Part shown: positions 1-10,249 of the stretch, piece after piece
Numbering within the stretch: position 1 is the first letter of the stretch
How the letters are laid out: every line of letters begins with the position of its first letter
Origin: Candidatus Falkowbacteria bacterium
GTDB lineage: Bacteria; Patescibacteriota; Patescibacteriia; Patescibacteriales; UBA12465
Reading direction: 5' to 3'
DNA: 51,469 bases
Assembly (NCBI GenBank): GCA_037132255.1
Contig: JBAXPN010000006.1
Span: forward strand, 1 to 51,469
Translations under genes and position numbers: made by a program
The notes under the pieces: model-generated
The model's input: the letters and a program-made list of their open reading frames with translations, nothing else
Told to the model about the DNA's origin: nothing
The model's database searches: none

Positions 1-126
1 ATTTCTTTAACAAAAAAATCCCAATCCCAAATTGGCTTGAGTTCAAGTTTATTTAATTAATTATTTTTTCTATAAATCACTTTTTTTAGTTAAAAAAGTG
101 TTAATGTTTTTATAATATAACATCGG

Positions 127-1560
127 CTATTGTTTGTCAACATGCATTTTTTCAGTGATTGCCTCTTTTACGGCAACGCGGTCATCCCAAGGAATTTGCT
201 GTTCTCCCTCAACGCAAATATATTGCTCCGCTCCTTTGCCGGTAAATAGGAGTAAATCGCCTTCTTCGGCTAATAATAGCGCTTTTCTTATTGCCTCGCG
301 CCGATCTAAAATTTTAAAGAGATTGTTATTTAATATCTTGCCTAATTCCTCTGCTCCGGCGGCTACCTCATTTATAATATCTGTCGGGTTTTCGTCATAT
401 GGGTCCTCGTTGGTCACTATGACAATATCCGCATTCTCAGCAGCAATTCTCCCTAAGATTGGCCGACGTGCTTTATCTCTTCCACCGCCAGTTGAGCCTA
501 AGAGGTGAATAACTTTATTTCTCGGAATAAGTGCGACCGCTTGATATAGTTTCTCAAGCGCTTTCGGCTCAAAAGAATAATCAACTATCGCCGTAAAGTT
601 TTGGCCAGCTGAAATTAATTCTAGTTTCCCCGGCAAACCCGAAATACTTTCAAGCCCGGATTTTATTTTCGCAGTTGAGATTCTTTGATTAAGTCCAACG
701 GCGTAAGCTGAGATAGCGTTAAAAGCATTAAATTCTCCAAGCAGGTTTAATTTAATATCCTGTTTATCAATAATTAAAGAAATTCCTTCCGGATGAGAAT
801 TAATATCAGATCCGCGAACAACAGCAAAATCTTTCACTATCGCCTCGCTATTTAAATTTTTAGTAAAATAATCGGCATTAATCTCTGACCGAAAAGTATA
901 AGCCATCTTCGCTTCGCTCCAAAAATTCAAGAAATAATTAGCGTGTTCGTCGTCGCCATTAACAATAATCGTCTTTAAAACTCGGCTTAAATCTAGTTTT
1001 TTTAAATTGCTCTTAGGACTAATTACCTCTTTATTCTCATTAATATATTTGGTCGCACAATTTTTTAAATGCGCGAATAAAAGGCCCTTCGCTTCTTTAT
1101 ATTTTTCAAATGTACCATGGGACTCAATATGCTCAGGATATAAACCGGTAAAAATAATTACATCATAATTAATAAAGCGGTGACGGAATTGTTTAATGCC
1201 CTCAGAAGTTGTTTCCACGATTGCATAGCGGCATTTATTTTTTAGCATTTGCTGCAAGGTTCTCTGGATAAACAAGCGCCCCGGCATTGTCATTTTCTTA
1301 TCATTAAGCCATTCCGAATTACCATCAGAAAAACTTGCTGTCGACGTAAACCCAGTCTTATAGCCAGCGCCGGAAAGCATCTTGGCAAGAAGATAGACAG
1401 TCGATGTTTTTCCAGCCGTACCTGTTACGCCAATAACTATTAATTTTCGACTCGGAAAACGATAAACTAAAGCTGCTATCCAAGCAACAAAAAAATGGTA
1501 AAGCGGTTGTAGAGCTTTAAATAATTTATGAGGAAGAAGCTTTTTAATTCGTTTTAGCAT
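127..1560 (-). CDS. murE: Mur ligase, MurE-type (UDP-MurNAc-tripeptide synthetase)
   Basis: GVTGTAGKTST P-loop, PEHIESHG, VDYSFEP, GGGRD, NEDPY and GKGAE motifs. Start placed at ATG 1560 (MLKR) because TG-n-TATAAT lies 7 nt upstream. Confidence 0.85.
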   Translation of the reverse strand: MLKRIKKLLPHKLFKALQPLYHFFVAWIAALVYRFPSRKLIVIGVTGTAGKTSTVYLLAKMLSGAGYKTGFTSTASFSDGNSEWLNDKKMTMPGRLFIQRTLQQMLKNKCRYAIVETTSEGIKQFRHRFINYDVIIFTGLYPEHIESHGTFEKYKEAKGLLFAHLKNCATKYINENKEVISPKSNLKKLDLSRVLKTIIVNGDDEHANYFLNFWSEAKMAYTFRSEINADYFTKNLNSEAIVKDFAVVRGSDINSHPEGISLIIDKQDIKLNLLGEFNAFNAISAYAVGLNQRISTAKIKSGLESISGLPGKLELISAGQNFTAIVDYSFEPKALEKLYQAVALIPRNKVIHLLGSTGGGRDKARRPILGRIAAENADIVIVTNEDPYDENPTDIINEVAAGAEELGKILNNNLFKILDRREAIRKALLLAEEGDLLLFTGKGAEQYICVEGEQQIPWDDRVAVKEAITEKMHVDKQ

Positions 1561-1621
1561 ATAAGACATTATAACAGAGAAAGAGAAAAATAAAAAAGAG
1601 CAGGAAGGGGGTGCAAAAAAC

Positions 1622-1730
1622 AAAAACCACCCCGATTCCGAGAGGTGATTTTGTTTAATTTTATACTTTTGTTATACGTAATTGGTCCGGGGAATCAATT
1701 TAATCTCCCTTCCAATTATCTCTAATAATA
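1622..1730 (-). ncRNA. Candidate small RNA or leader transcript with a hairpin and intrinsic terminator
   Basis: Minus-strand TTGATT(1765-1760)-17-TATAAT(1742-1737), hairpin at 1679-1718, terminator hairpin ~1622-1652 followed by a T-run. Confidence 0.4.
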
Positions 1731-1802
1731 ATACGAATTATATAATAAATCGTTACAGTAATCAAGCGGCTTTTTTATTGATAAATTATCAATTATAATT
1801 CC

Positions 1803-4382
1803 TTATTTAGCGAAAAACATCTCGTCATCTTCTTCAAAGGCTTTGCTGCTTTGTTCTGGTTTTTCTTTCTTTGCGACTTTCACTACTTTTGGGCTCTCCT
1901 CGTGTTTTGATTTATCCTCGCGAATCTCTTCTAAAATCTCATCTTCGTCTTCAATTACTTCATCCTCCTCCTCTGGAGTTAAAGCTAATTCTTCTTTAAT
2001 GGATTCTTCCTCCTCTTTAGAAATTTCTTCTTCTGGCTCCTCTTGAGATTCTTCGCCGTCCTCTTCTTTAATATCTTCTACCTTATCTTTTTTAAATACC
2101 AAAGTATCATCATTGCCTTCATCCTCTCCCAAATAACTTGCCGGAGCGCTTGTGCTTGCACGATCATGAACAGGAATACCACTAATTACTTCCGTATTCA
2201 TAGCTTCGTATTGTTCGGCGCTAATCATTACTTCGCGCGGCTTAGCACCATTAGATGGGCCGATTATTCCGGCTTCTTCGAGCATGTCTAAAATTTTTGC
2301 AGCCCGACCATAGCCAATCGAAAGGCGACGTTGAAGCATTGAAGTCGAAGCCTTATTCGCTTTAACAATAAGTTCTTTGGCAGCCTCGAATAATTCATCT
2401 TCATCGCCGTGATTTCCATCAAGACCAACTCCCGCATTTCCACCAACTTTCTGACGGTCAGTAACACCTTCTAAATATTCCGCTGGACCACTCTTATCTT
2501 TAATATAATTTACAACATCATTAATTTCCGCATCACTTAAATATGCTCCTTGGATTCTCTTTGGTTTAGAAAATTCGGCCGTCATAAATAACATATCACC
2601 TTGGCCCAATAATTTTTCGGCGCCTGATGAATCTAAAATAGTTTTTGAATCAACGAGTGACGCAACGGAGAAAGCGATACGTGTTGGGACATTAGCCTTA
2701 ATCAAACCAGTAATAACATCAACGCTCGGACGCTGGGTCGCAAGAATTAAATGGATACCGATAGCGCGTGACATTTGAGCTAAGCGAATAATTGACGCTT
2801 CCATTTCTTTGCCGCTCGTCATCATAAAATCCGCAAGTTCATCAATGATAAAAACAATATAAGGAAGCTTTTCTTTTGCGACAGTATTATATGATTGAAT
2901 ATTACGCTTCCCGGCTTTATTTAAAACATCATAACGCCGTTCCATCTCATTCAAGCACCACTTAAGTGCGTTAATAGTTTTATTAACATCAGTAATAACC
3001 GGAGTAAGCAAATGAGGGATGCCGTTATAAGTTGGAAGTTCTACCCGCTTCGGGTCAACCATGATAAAACGTAAATCGTCAGGATTATTTTGATATAATA
3101 AACTAACAATAATTGAATTCAAACAAACTGACTTACCGGAATTAGTTGCGCCGGCAACAAGAAGATGCGGCATGCGTGTTAAATCGTATAACCAAGCGGT
3201 GCCAGCAACGTCTTTACCAAGCACAACGAATAAATTATTTTTTCTATCTTTAAATGATTGGTCTTCCAAAATTTCACGAAGTCCAACAATCGCTTTCGCG
3301 CGATTTGGCACTTCAACACCAACTAAAGACTTACCTGGAATTGGTGCTTCTATTCTAATCGGATGCGCCGCGAGCGATAATGATAAATCATTACTTAAAG
3401 TTGTGATACGTGACAACTTAACACCCTCGGCTGGCCTAAAAGTATATTGCGTAACCGTCGGCCCAACTTTTGTTTCTCCCATTTCAACATCAATCCCAAA
3501 TTTGTTTAAAGTTTTTTGAATCTTTAAGGCATTAGCTTCGGTATCGCCGCCAATCGCTTTAGAAAATTTATTATTTAATAATTCCATCGGCAAATCTATT
3601 TTTATCGAGCGCTTCGGCCAAGTTATTTTTTCCTGAACTTTCGGTTTATCTTTTTGCGCTTTCGCGGGCGAAACAATTTCTTCCGCCAAATCCATCTCCT
3701 CTTCTTCCGGCTTAACTTCCTTTTTTTGCCAAGCTGTTAAAATTTCCTCCTTAGCTTCAGCGACAAATTTTTGTCCTTGATTATCTTCAACTTCGGAGCT
3801 AGAAAATAAATTCTTAAAGAATATAGCAAAAGGACGGAATATTTTAGCCAGAATACTTTCTTGTCCGATAATACGTGCGAGCGAAGTATTAAAAACAAGA
3901 ACCAGAGATATTAAAAGAAGGGCGAACAGAACTAAGACTCCGCCCCAAAAACCTAAAATATAATAAAATAATTGGCTTAAGTATAAACCAATATAACCGC
4001 CACCGATGCCGGCGTCGACGGTCATTTCCCAATTCGCTTTATTAATAAAGAAATGGAAAAGAGTTTGGTAAGAAATAAATAAAGTGCTCAGGCCCAAATA
4101 ATCTGTGAACTTCAGAGGTTTTTTTGTTTTGCGAATAAGAATCATCGCCCAATAAAGGAAAATTAACGGGACAAGCCATTTCCCGAAACCAAATATTAAG
4201 GTTAACCATTTAGATAAAAACTGCCCGAGATGACCGGAAAGATTAAAGAGACCAAGCAAACTGACAAGGCCCAAAACAATCAGAACGACAATAATAATAC
4301 TGCGCTTAGCGCGGTCATCAAGATCAAACTCCGGCAAGGAGATATAATCCATTGGGTTGTTAGATTTTTTCTTTCGGGACAT
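1803..4382 (-). CDS. ftsK: DNA translocase FtsK/SpoIIIE
   Basis: N-terminal TM helices, PHLLVAGATNSGKS Walker A, IIDELAD, ATQRPSVDVITG, gamma domain (LQRRLSIGYGRAAK), acidic tail. Confidence 0.97.
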   Translation of the reverse strand: MSRKKKSNNPMDYISLPEFDLDDRAKRSIIIVVLIVLGLVSLLGLFNLSGHLGQFLSKWLTLIFGFGKWLVPLIFLYWAMILIRKTKKPLKFTDYLGLSTLFISYQTLFHFFINKANWEMTVDAGIGGGYIGLYLSQLFYYILGFWGGVLVLFALLLISLVLVFNTSLARIIGQESILAKIFRPFAIFFKNLFSSSEVEDNQGQKFVAEAKEEILTAWQKKEVKPEEEEMDLAEEIVSPAKAQKDKPKVQEKITWPKRSIKIDLPMELLNNKFSKAIGGDTEANALKIQKTLNKFGIDVEMGETKVGPTVTQYTFRPAEGVKLSRITTLSNDLSLSLAAHPIRIEAPIPGKSLVGVEVPNRAKAIVGLREILEDQSFKDRKNNLFVVLGKDVAGTAWLYDLTRMPHLLVAGATNSGKSVCLNSIIVSLLYQNNPDDLRFIMVDPKRVELPTYNGIPHLLTPVITDVNKTINALKWCLNEMERRYDVLNKAGKRNIQSYNTVAKEKLPYIVFIIDELADFMMTSGKEMEASIIRLAQMSRAIGIHLILATQRPSVDVITGLIKANVPTRIAFSVASLVDSKTILDSSGAEKLLGQGDMLFMTAEFSKPKRIQGAYLSDAEINDVVNYIKDKSGPAEYLEGVTDRQKVGGNAGVGLDGNHGDEDELFEAAKELIVKANKASTSMLQRRLSIGYGRAAKILDMLEEAGIIGPSNGAKPREVMISAEQYEAMNTEVISGIPVHDRASTSAPASYLGEDEGNDDTLVFKKDKVEDIKEEDGEESQEEPEEEISKEEEESIKEELALTPEEEDEVIEDEDEILEEIREDKSKHEESPKVVKVAKKEKPEQSSKAFEEDDEMFFAK

Positions 4383-4411
4383 ATTTTTATATTATATCAC
4401 AATGCTAATTA

Positions 4412-5464
4412 TTAATTAATCTCAATATCGATAAAAACTGCTTGTGGGACCTTAGTTCTTATCTTCTTTTCAATCTCATCAATTTTGCGACCAACGAGGC
4501 GCGGCACACGGTCCAGATATTCAACCGAAAATTTCATAAAGTTTTCAAAACTATCTTTAGCTTCTTCATATTCATTTTCAAAAAAATGATGCTGTGACAT
4601 TTCCTTAAGGAGAATCGAGGCATTAAATTCGACATCAAATTTAATCAGATATTTATCAACGTCAAGAATAGCTGATTTAAAATCGAGAACTTTTTCAATA
4701 GTTGGATCAGCATTCAAAATATCCATCACCATTTCTTCGATCTCTGGCGGGATTGATTTCGTAATTAAATAATTTCTGTTCTTAGCAATTAAAACTATCG
4801 CCATTATACCAAGTAAAATACCGATCAGAATCGAACCAACTGCATCCCAATAAGTTTTACCGGTATAATAAACTAAACTCAAGCTGATAAGCGCAATAAT
4901 AATGCCGATCACTGCGAGTCCATCTTCATAAAGAACAGCCAGGACGGAAGGGTCGGCTTCGGCGAGAGCTTTCTTTAATTTCATTTTTGGACTTTTTAAA
5001 AGATGGCCTCTTATCTCGCGAACGGCTATCAAGAAAGTAGAAAACTCAATTATGAATGAAACAACTAAAATAATTATCGCCCAAATATTAAAATGGATTT
5101 CCGGCTCATGGATTAAAGCGGCAATACCGTGATAGACGGTAATACCGCAACCAATAAAGAAAATACCACAAGCCGAAATAAGTGCCCAAATAAATCTTTC
5201 TTTGCCGTAACCATAATTAAATTCTTTGTCAGCAGCCTTTGACGATTGGCGAACGCCAATCACCAGCAAGAACTGGTTAGCCGTATCAGCAAAGCTATGA
5301 ATCGCTTCTGAAAAAAGCGCGCCTGAGCCGGTAAAAAAGAAACCAACAAACTTGGCCGAGCACACGACCGCATTACCAATTAAGGCCGCTACTACCGGCA
5401 AGAGGCCGGATACTTTTTTTGAATGATCAAGCGGAGTCGCAGGCGTCGTCGCTTTAGCTTTCAT
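4412..5464 (-). CDS. Cation diffusion facilitator (CDF) transporter
   Basis: SEAIHSFADTANQ, YGYGKERF and EDGLAV motifs with about 6 TM helices. Confidence 0.9.
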   Translation of the reverse strand: MKAKATTPATPLDHSKKVSGLLPVVAALIGNAVVCSAKFVGFFFTGSGALFSEAIHSFADTANQFLLVIGVRQSSKAADKEFNYGYGKERFIWALISACGIFFIGCGITVYHGIAALIHEPEIHFNIWAIIILVVSFIIEFSTFLIAVREIRGHLLKSPKMKLKKALAEADPSVLAVLYEDGLAVIGIIIALISLSLVYYTGKTYWDAVGSILIGILLGIMAIVLIAKNRNYLITKSIPPEIEEMVMDILNADPTIEKVLDFKSAILDVDKYLIKFDVEFNASILLKEMSQHHFFENEYEEAKDSFENFMKFSVEYLDRVPRLVGRKIDEIEKKIRTKVPQAVFIDIEIN

Positions 5465-5509
5465 AAATTTAATTTAATTTCTTAAAAAATTTGTCTAATC
5501 TATTAATTA

Positions 5510-6076
5510 TTATTTTTTTATCCAATCAGAAATAGTCTTTAGAGCCTGCTCGTCAGGGAAAGCATCGATTTCAACACTTATGTGCTCTAATGAGCTATTC
5601 TTTATCCTTTCTTTATATAAGGCTTGCTGTTTAATATAATCCAATGGCGTTTTCGCGATTCGTCTATAACTTGGATAAAGATTGAGACGGTCTTGTAGGC
5701 GCTTAGCAAGAGAGGCCTCGTCCTCGGGGAAGCTCAAGAAAACAATTTTAAAATTAAGTCTTTTTAATTTTCTTTCTATTTTTTTAAAATCGGGAAACGA
5801 AACTTGATTGAACTCACTATAAACTTGATTAGCTAATTGAAATTTTTCAACTAATATATTCTTCTCTTTTAAATTCCGAAATATGCGAAGGTAATTCTTC
5901 ATTATTTTCGGCGCCAACTTTGTTCCGAAAAAACCCAAGTCACAATTGAACCAATAACAGCCATCCATAATATTAGGGCTCGTAGCGAACTTCGGCTCAA
6001 GCTCATTATAGATTTGGGACATAATCCAGCTTTTCCCACTCAACTCGGCTCCCTCAAAAATTACATGATAAGCCAT
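5510..6076 (-). CDS. P-loop NMP-kinase-like protein
   Basis: N-terminal VIFEGAELSGKS resembles the thymidylate/deoxynucleoside kinase Walker A. Confidence 0.6.
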   Translation of the reverse strand: MAYHVIFEGAELSGKSWIMSQIYNELEPKFATSPNIMDGCYWFNCDLGFFGTKLAPKIMKNYLRIFRNLKEKNILVEKFQLANQVYSEFNQVSFPDFKKIERKLKRLNFKIVFLSFPEDEASLAKRLQDRLNLYPSYRRIAKTPLDYIKQQALYKERIKNSSLEHISVEIDAFPDEQALKTISDWIKK

Positions 6077-6077
6077 A

Positions 6078-7100
6078 TTAAAGATTTAAACTCTTTTTTA
6101 CTTTATTAAGTAAGGCTTCGGCCCGTTCTTCGTTATGGCCAAATTTCAGAAACCAATAAGTTGATGTTCTAATGGCCGTCCAATTATAATATAAGTCTAT
6201 TCTTTCCTGCAGGTTTCTGTCGAGTTCAATTCCGGCGGAAATCAAATAATTATTTAAAAATATTTCCTTCATTTTATCGGCGAATTCATGATTGCCCATT
6301 TTCATTACAATCTTATAATCTAATTGCTGAAGAAAGGCTCCTAGGTCGCGAGCCGGATCGCTCAAACATAAATCAGTAAAATCAATTATTCCGATTCTGT
6401 CTTCAGATGTTTTAATAATATTTTCCGGATGAGCATCGCCATGAATTAACTTTAACGATTCTCCGGAGTGGAAGAACTTCTCCTCCTGACTTATGAAATA
6501 ATCATAAAGTTTCTGTAAATCAGGACAGTACTTGTCGCCGTAACGAGCGGTCATTTCCGTAAAAATCATCGCCGTCCCAGGAATAACTGTTCTAATCCGT
6601 GAATTCATCGGATTGAAATTTGCCTCTACTCCGGCCGGCAAGGCGTGCAATTTCGCAAAGAGCTCCGCCGACTTAATCACAATTTTTTCAATATTTTTGG
6701 CATCCCTCTCTTTAATATAATATAAAAGATTCTCACCATTTATCGCTCGATAAAAAGTTCCATTAAAATATTCGGAATAAAAAAGTGGACGAGGCAAATC
6801 GACGCCATGCGAAGAAAATTTCTTTGCCCAAAGATATTTTAAAGCCGTATAAACATTTTCGCGCGGTTCGTCGCTATGGGCAGAACAAACGACCGGTATT
6901 TTCTTCTCGTGCCCTAGCTCATTTAAAAAATAAACATCAAACCCAATAACAACATGATAAGTTGTTTCCCAAACCATTTTTTTATAAGGATTGATATTGA
7001 CCCGTTTAATCCCAGTAAAGGTCGGGTAAAGAGGCAGAAGCTCGCGTTTGAAATAACCAACGACGAATTCCTCATCAAATAATTGCAAGATTTTATTCAT
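6078..7100 (-). CDS. APH/choline-kinase-like phosphotransferase
   Basis: AKLH, Brenner motif HGDAHPENI, IIDF and DPARDLG. Confidence 0.85.
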   Translation of the reverse strand: MNKILQLFDEEFVVGYFKRELLPLYPTFTGIKRVNINPYKKMVWETTYHVVIGFDVYFLNELGHEKKIPVVCSAHSDEPRENVYTALKYLWAKKFSSHGVDLPRPLFYSEYFNGTFYRAINGENLLYYIKERDAKNIEKIVIKSAELFAKLHALPAGVEANFNPMNSRIRTVIPGTAMIFTEMTARYGDKYCPDLQKLYDYFISQEEKFFHSGESLKLIHGDAHPENIIKTSEDRIGIIDFTDLCLSDPARDLGAFLQQLDYKIVMKMGNHEFADKMKEIFLNNYLISAGIELDRNLQERIDLYYNWTAIRTSTYWFLKFGHNEERAEALLNKVKKSLNL

Positions 7101-8301
7101 ATTGTTTCTTCCAGTGTTTTTTCCAATGTTCTTCCCAGATTAATTTTTTTATTTTTAAATAGTATTTTTCTGCTTCCAGCTTTTTCTTTTTTGTCTTCGC
7201 ATCATTCAGAGACCTCACGCTACGAATTAAATCCTCGAGTCCTCTTTCGATATCGTCCGGGCTCCAAGCATAAGGACCAAATATTTTAGAGAAATCCCTA
7301 GCGCTGGCCCACCAAAAAGTACAGCTCGCAAGACCGCGCGCTAAATGCCAACGATACCAATAATAATTCTTATCTTTTTTATATTTTGTCTCAAGCTCTA
7401 AAGAAAGATTAGCTAATTTCCAAAGGAGAATTTGAATTTTATTCTTTTTATTGTGCCACAGAGCATAAGCATCGCCAGATTTTATCTCCGCTGGGTTCGA
7501 CTCCCAAGATGATGACCAAATTTTAATTTTTAAAGCCTTTTTTTTCTCAAGTTTTTTAATATAGTCGGAGAGACAAAGCGTTTTTAATTCTTTAATCTTA
7601 ACAATTTTTTCCATCTCGCCCGTCGGGTCCTCATGTCGTAAACCATAAAGCTCCGCATCGGTTGCAGTTAAATATACTTCATCCCTTATTTTCTTTGTTT
7701 CTTTTTCTGTTGTCTTAACTTTTAATAATGGCAAGATTTTATCTGGTGGATAAGCGCTTGAAAAAATACGATCACGGAAAATGACTTTTAAGCCACTCGC
7801 TTCATCAATATACAAACGCTCGATGTCTGGGCGTTCCTTAGTTCCTCCGCTATAGGCAAGCTCATCTAAAATAATCCAATCATAACCTAAGCGCTTTATA
7901 ATTTTAGCGACAGCTGATGAGTATGACATTTCTGGCAAGAAAAAACCGCTCGGTTTAAAATTCTTTCCAAATAATTTTTTTAATATTTTTTCGTTCTCTT
8001 TAATCTGACGAACAACTTCTTTTTCCGGTAATAGTGGTAAAAAGCCATGATAAAAAGCAGAACCGGTTAATTCAATCCGGCCCTTTTTTACTAAAAATTT
8101 TAAGCGCTCTAAAAACGCTTTTTCTTTGGCTTCTTCGAGGCGTTCAAGCAGGCAACCACTAACATTAAAGGTCATTTTTAAGTTCGGATGCTCTTCCATT
8201 AGACGAAGTAGGCGCCAATAACTTTTATCAAGCGCCTTGCGGATATTATAAAACTCAGCGTTTGCTGGTTGATAAAAATGTAAAAAATTAAGCCACAACA
8301 T
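7093..8301 (-). CDS. Glycoside hydrolase family 57 protein
   Basis: LHFYQP, ELTGSAFYH, FLPE (nucleophile) and TDAELYG (acid/base) motifs. Confidence 0.88.
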   Translation of the reverse strand: MLWLNFLHFYQPANAEFYNIRKALDKSYWRLLRLMEEHPNLKMTFNVSGCLLERLEEAKEKAFLERLKFLVKKGRIELTGSAFYHGFLPLLPEKEVVRQIKENEKILKKLFGKNFKPSGFFLPEMSYSSAVAKIIKRLGYDWIILDELAYSGGTKERPDIERLYIDEASGLKVIFRDRIFSSAYPPDKILPLLKVKTTEKETKKIRDEVYLTATDAELYGLRHEDPTGEMEKIVKIKELKTLCLSDYIKKLEKKKALKIKIWSSSWESNPAEIKSGDAYALWHNKKNKIQILLWKLANLSLELETKYKKDKNYYWYRWHLARGLASCTFWWASARDFSKIFGPYAWSPDDIERGLEDLIRSVRSLNDAKTKKKKLEAEKYYLKIKKLIWEEHWKKHWKKQYE

Positions 8302-8307
8302 AATTTT

Positions 8308-9774
8308 TTAGTACTTAATTACCTTATTATATAATTCCACATATTTTTTGGCCGGAATCTCCCAACTTGTCGACTGCTTCATAGCGCGCTTTACCAAACT
8401 TCCCCAAACTTTTTTATGTTTAAAGTTTTCAAGAGCGCGAATAATCGTCGCATAAAATAAAGTTTCATCTTCAGTTTTAAAAGTGAAGCCCGTCCCCTTT
8501 CCCGTTGTCGGATTAAAATTTTCAACCGTATCATAAAGACCGCCGATTTCACGAACAATCGGAATGCAGCCGTAACGCATCGCGATTAATTGGTTTATAC
8601 CGCAGGGCTCGTGATTTGAAGGAAGCAGAAATAAATCCGCCGCCGCATAAAGCAGATTCTCTTTCTTCTGATCGAAGGGCAACCAAACAATTTTATTTTT
8701 ATATTTTTTCTGTAGTTTTTTTATCGGTTGAATATATTCCTTACTCCCATCACCCATAAATATTAATTGGATATCGAGCTTTAAAAGTGAATCAATAATT
8801 TTCAAAATAAGATTAAAGCCTTTCTGGAAAGTTACTCGAGACGTCGTACATAAAATTGGGATATCTTTATTGACGGGCAGGCCAATTTTTTTCTGCAAAT
8901 ATTTTTTATTATCATCTTTGACCGCTAATTTATCATAGGAATAACGACGAAATAAATCTTTGTCCTTCTCCGGATTATAAGTATTGTAATCAATACCATT
9001 AATAATTCCGAAAAGGCGTCCCGCTCGGTTTTTTAAAACGCGCTGCAAATCCTGACCAAATCTTTTAGTCATGATTTCTTCGCGATACTGTTCACTTACC
9101 GTATTTATAATATCAGCCGAACGGATAGCGCGCTTAGCGAAATTAATGTCCTCAATTTTTGGATCACTTAAATGAGGGATCCGACTACGACCGTAATCTT
9201 TTCGCTCTGGTGGAATTTCCCACCAATTATGACCAAGCTGAAAAATCAAATTATGGATAGTAAAAATTGTTTTCGCTTTCTTAAGAGTTTTTGAATAACG
9301 AAATTCTGTTTTTAAATAATATGGAATTAAACCAGTCTGCCAATCATGACAATGAATAATATCAGCAGGAAATTTTAACAATGATAATAATTTAAGGGCG
9401 GCCACATTAAAAACAAGAAAACGAGAATTTTCATGGCTTGAGCCGTAGATATTTTTATGTTTGGAAAAGAATTTTTTATTTTCAACAAAATATACCGGCA
9501 AGCCTTTCATCAAATAGCCGCGCCAATAATTTACTTTTACCGTTTCTTGAGAATTTAAGCGTAAGTCAACGTTTTCAAAAATACGCTCAAGCCCATATTC
9601 TTTTTTATCAATCGTTCGTCCGTATAAGGGTGTAATTATTATAACTTCATGCCCCAACCTCTTTAGGGCCTTCGGTAAACTGCGCGCCACGTCACCAAGA
9701 CCACCCGTCTTAGAAAACGGGGCTACCTCAGAAGCAATATGCACGATTTTTAATTTTTTTTGCATAAGGGACAA
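8308..9774 (-). CDS. glgA: Glycogen synthase (GT5)
   Basis: SEVAPFSKTGGLGDV, IHCHDWQTG, PSNHEPCGINQL and GGLYDTV. Confidence 0.96.
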   Translation of the reverse strand: MSLMQKKLKIVHIASEVAPFSKTGGLGDVARSLPKALKRLGHEVIIITPLYGRTIDKKEYGLERIFENVDLRLNSQETVKVNYWRGYLMKGLPVYFVENKKFFSKHKNIYGSSHENSRFLVFNVAALKLLSLLKFPADIIHCHDWQTGLIPYYLKTEFRYSKTLKKAKTIFTIHNLIFQLGHNWWEIPPERKDYGRSRIPHLSDPKIEDINFAKRAIRSADIINTVSEQYREEIMTKRFGQDLQRVLKNRAGRLFGIINGIDYNTYNPEKDKDLFRRYSYDKLAVKDDNKKYLQKKIGLPVNKDIPILCTTSRVTFQKGFNLILKIIDSLLKLDIQLIFMGDGSKEYIQPIKKLQKKYKNKIVWLPFDQKKENLLYAAADLFLLPSNHEPCGINQLIAMRYGCIPIVREIGGLYDTVENFNPTTGKGTGFTFKTEDETLFYATIIRALENFKHKKVWGSLVKRAMKQSTSWEIPAKKYVELYNKVIKY

Positions 9775-10238
9775 TTTAAACCACAGATGGCGATGGCAAG
9801 CGCATCCGCCGCGTCATCGGGTTGTGGCAATTCTTTTAAATTAAGAATGAGTTTAACCATTTTCTGAACCTGCAACTTTGAGGCCTTTCCGTATGAGGAA
9901 ACAGCGGATTTAACTTGTGAAGGAGTATAATCAACAATCTGAAGATTATTTTGTTTGAGAGTCAAAAGCGCAACGCCACGCGCCTGTCCAACAATTAGAG
10001 CGGTACGAACATTTTTATTAAAAAATAATTGTTCAATCGCCGCTAAGTTAGGTTTATATTTTTTGATAATTTTATCAAGTTCCTTATGAAGAATATCTAA
10101 ACGAGTAATGAGATCTAATTTCGAACTAGTTTTAATTGAACCGTAAGTAAGGCACTTTAAACGACTGCCTTCAACTTCAATCACGCCATAACCAGTATCG
10201 GCAATTCCGGGATCAATCCCTAAAATTATTTTCGCCAT
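9750..10238 (-). CDS. ruvC: Holliday junction resolvase RuvC
   Basis: ILGIDPG, AIEQLFF, GQARG and DDAADALA. Confidence 0.97.
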   Translation of the reverse strand: MAKIILGIDPGIADTGYGVIEVEGSRLKCLTYGSIKTSSKLDLITRLDILHKELDKIIKKYKPNLAAIEQLFFNKNVRTALIVGQARGVALLTLKQNNLQIVDYTPSQVKSAVSSYGKASKLQVQKMVKLILNLKELPQPDDAADALAIAICGLNCPLCKKN

Positions 10239-10249
10239 ATGGAAGGCGC

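Noticed and set aside
1561-1623. N-terminal extension of murE in the ORF track
   Set aside because: It translates the pyrimidine-rich promoter region; the -10 position favours ATG 1560. Similar over-extensions were trimmed for rpsO, gpmA, trmD and NUDIX.
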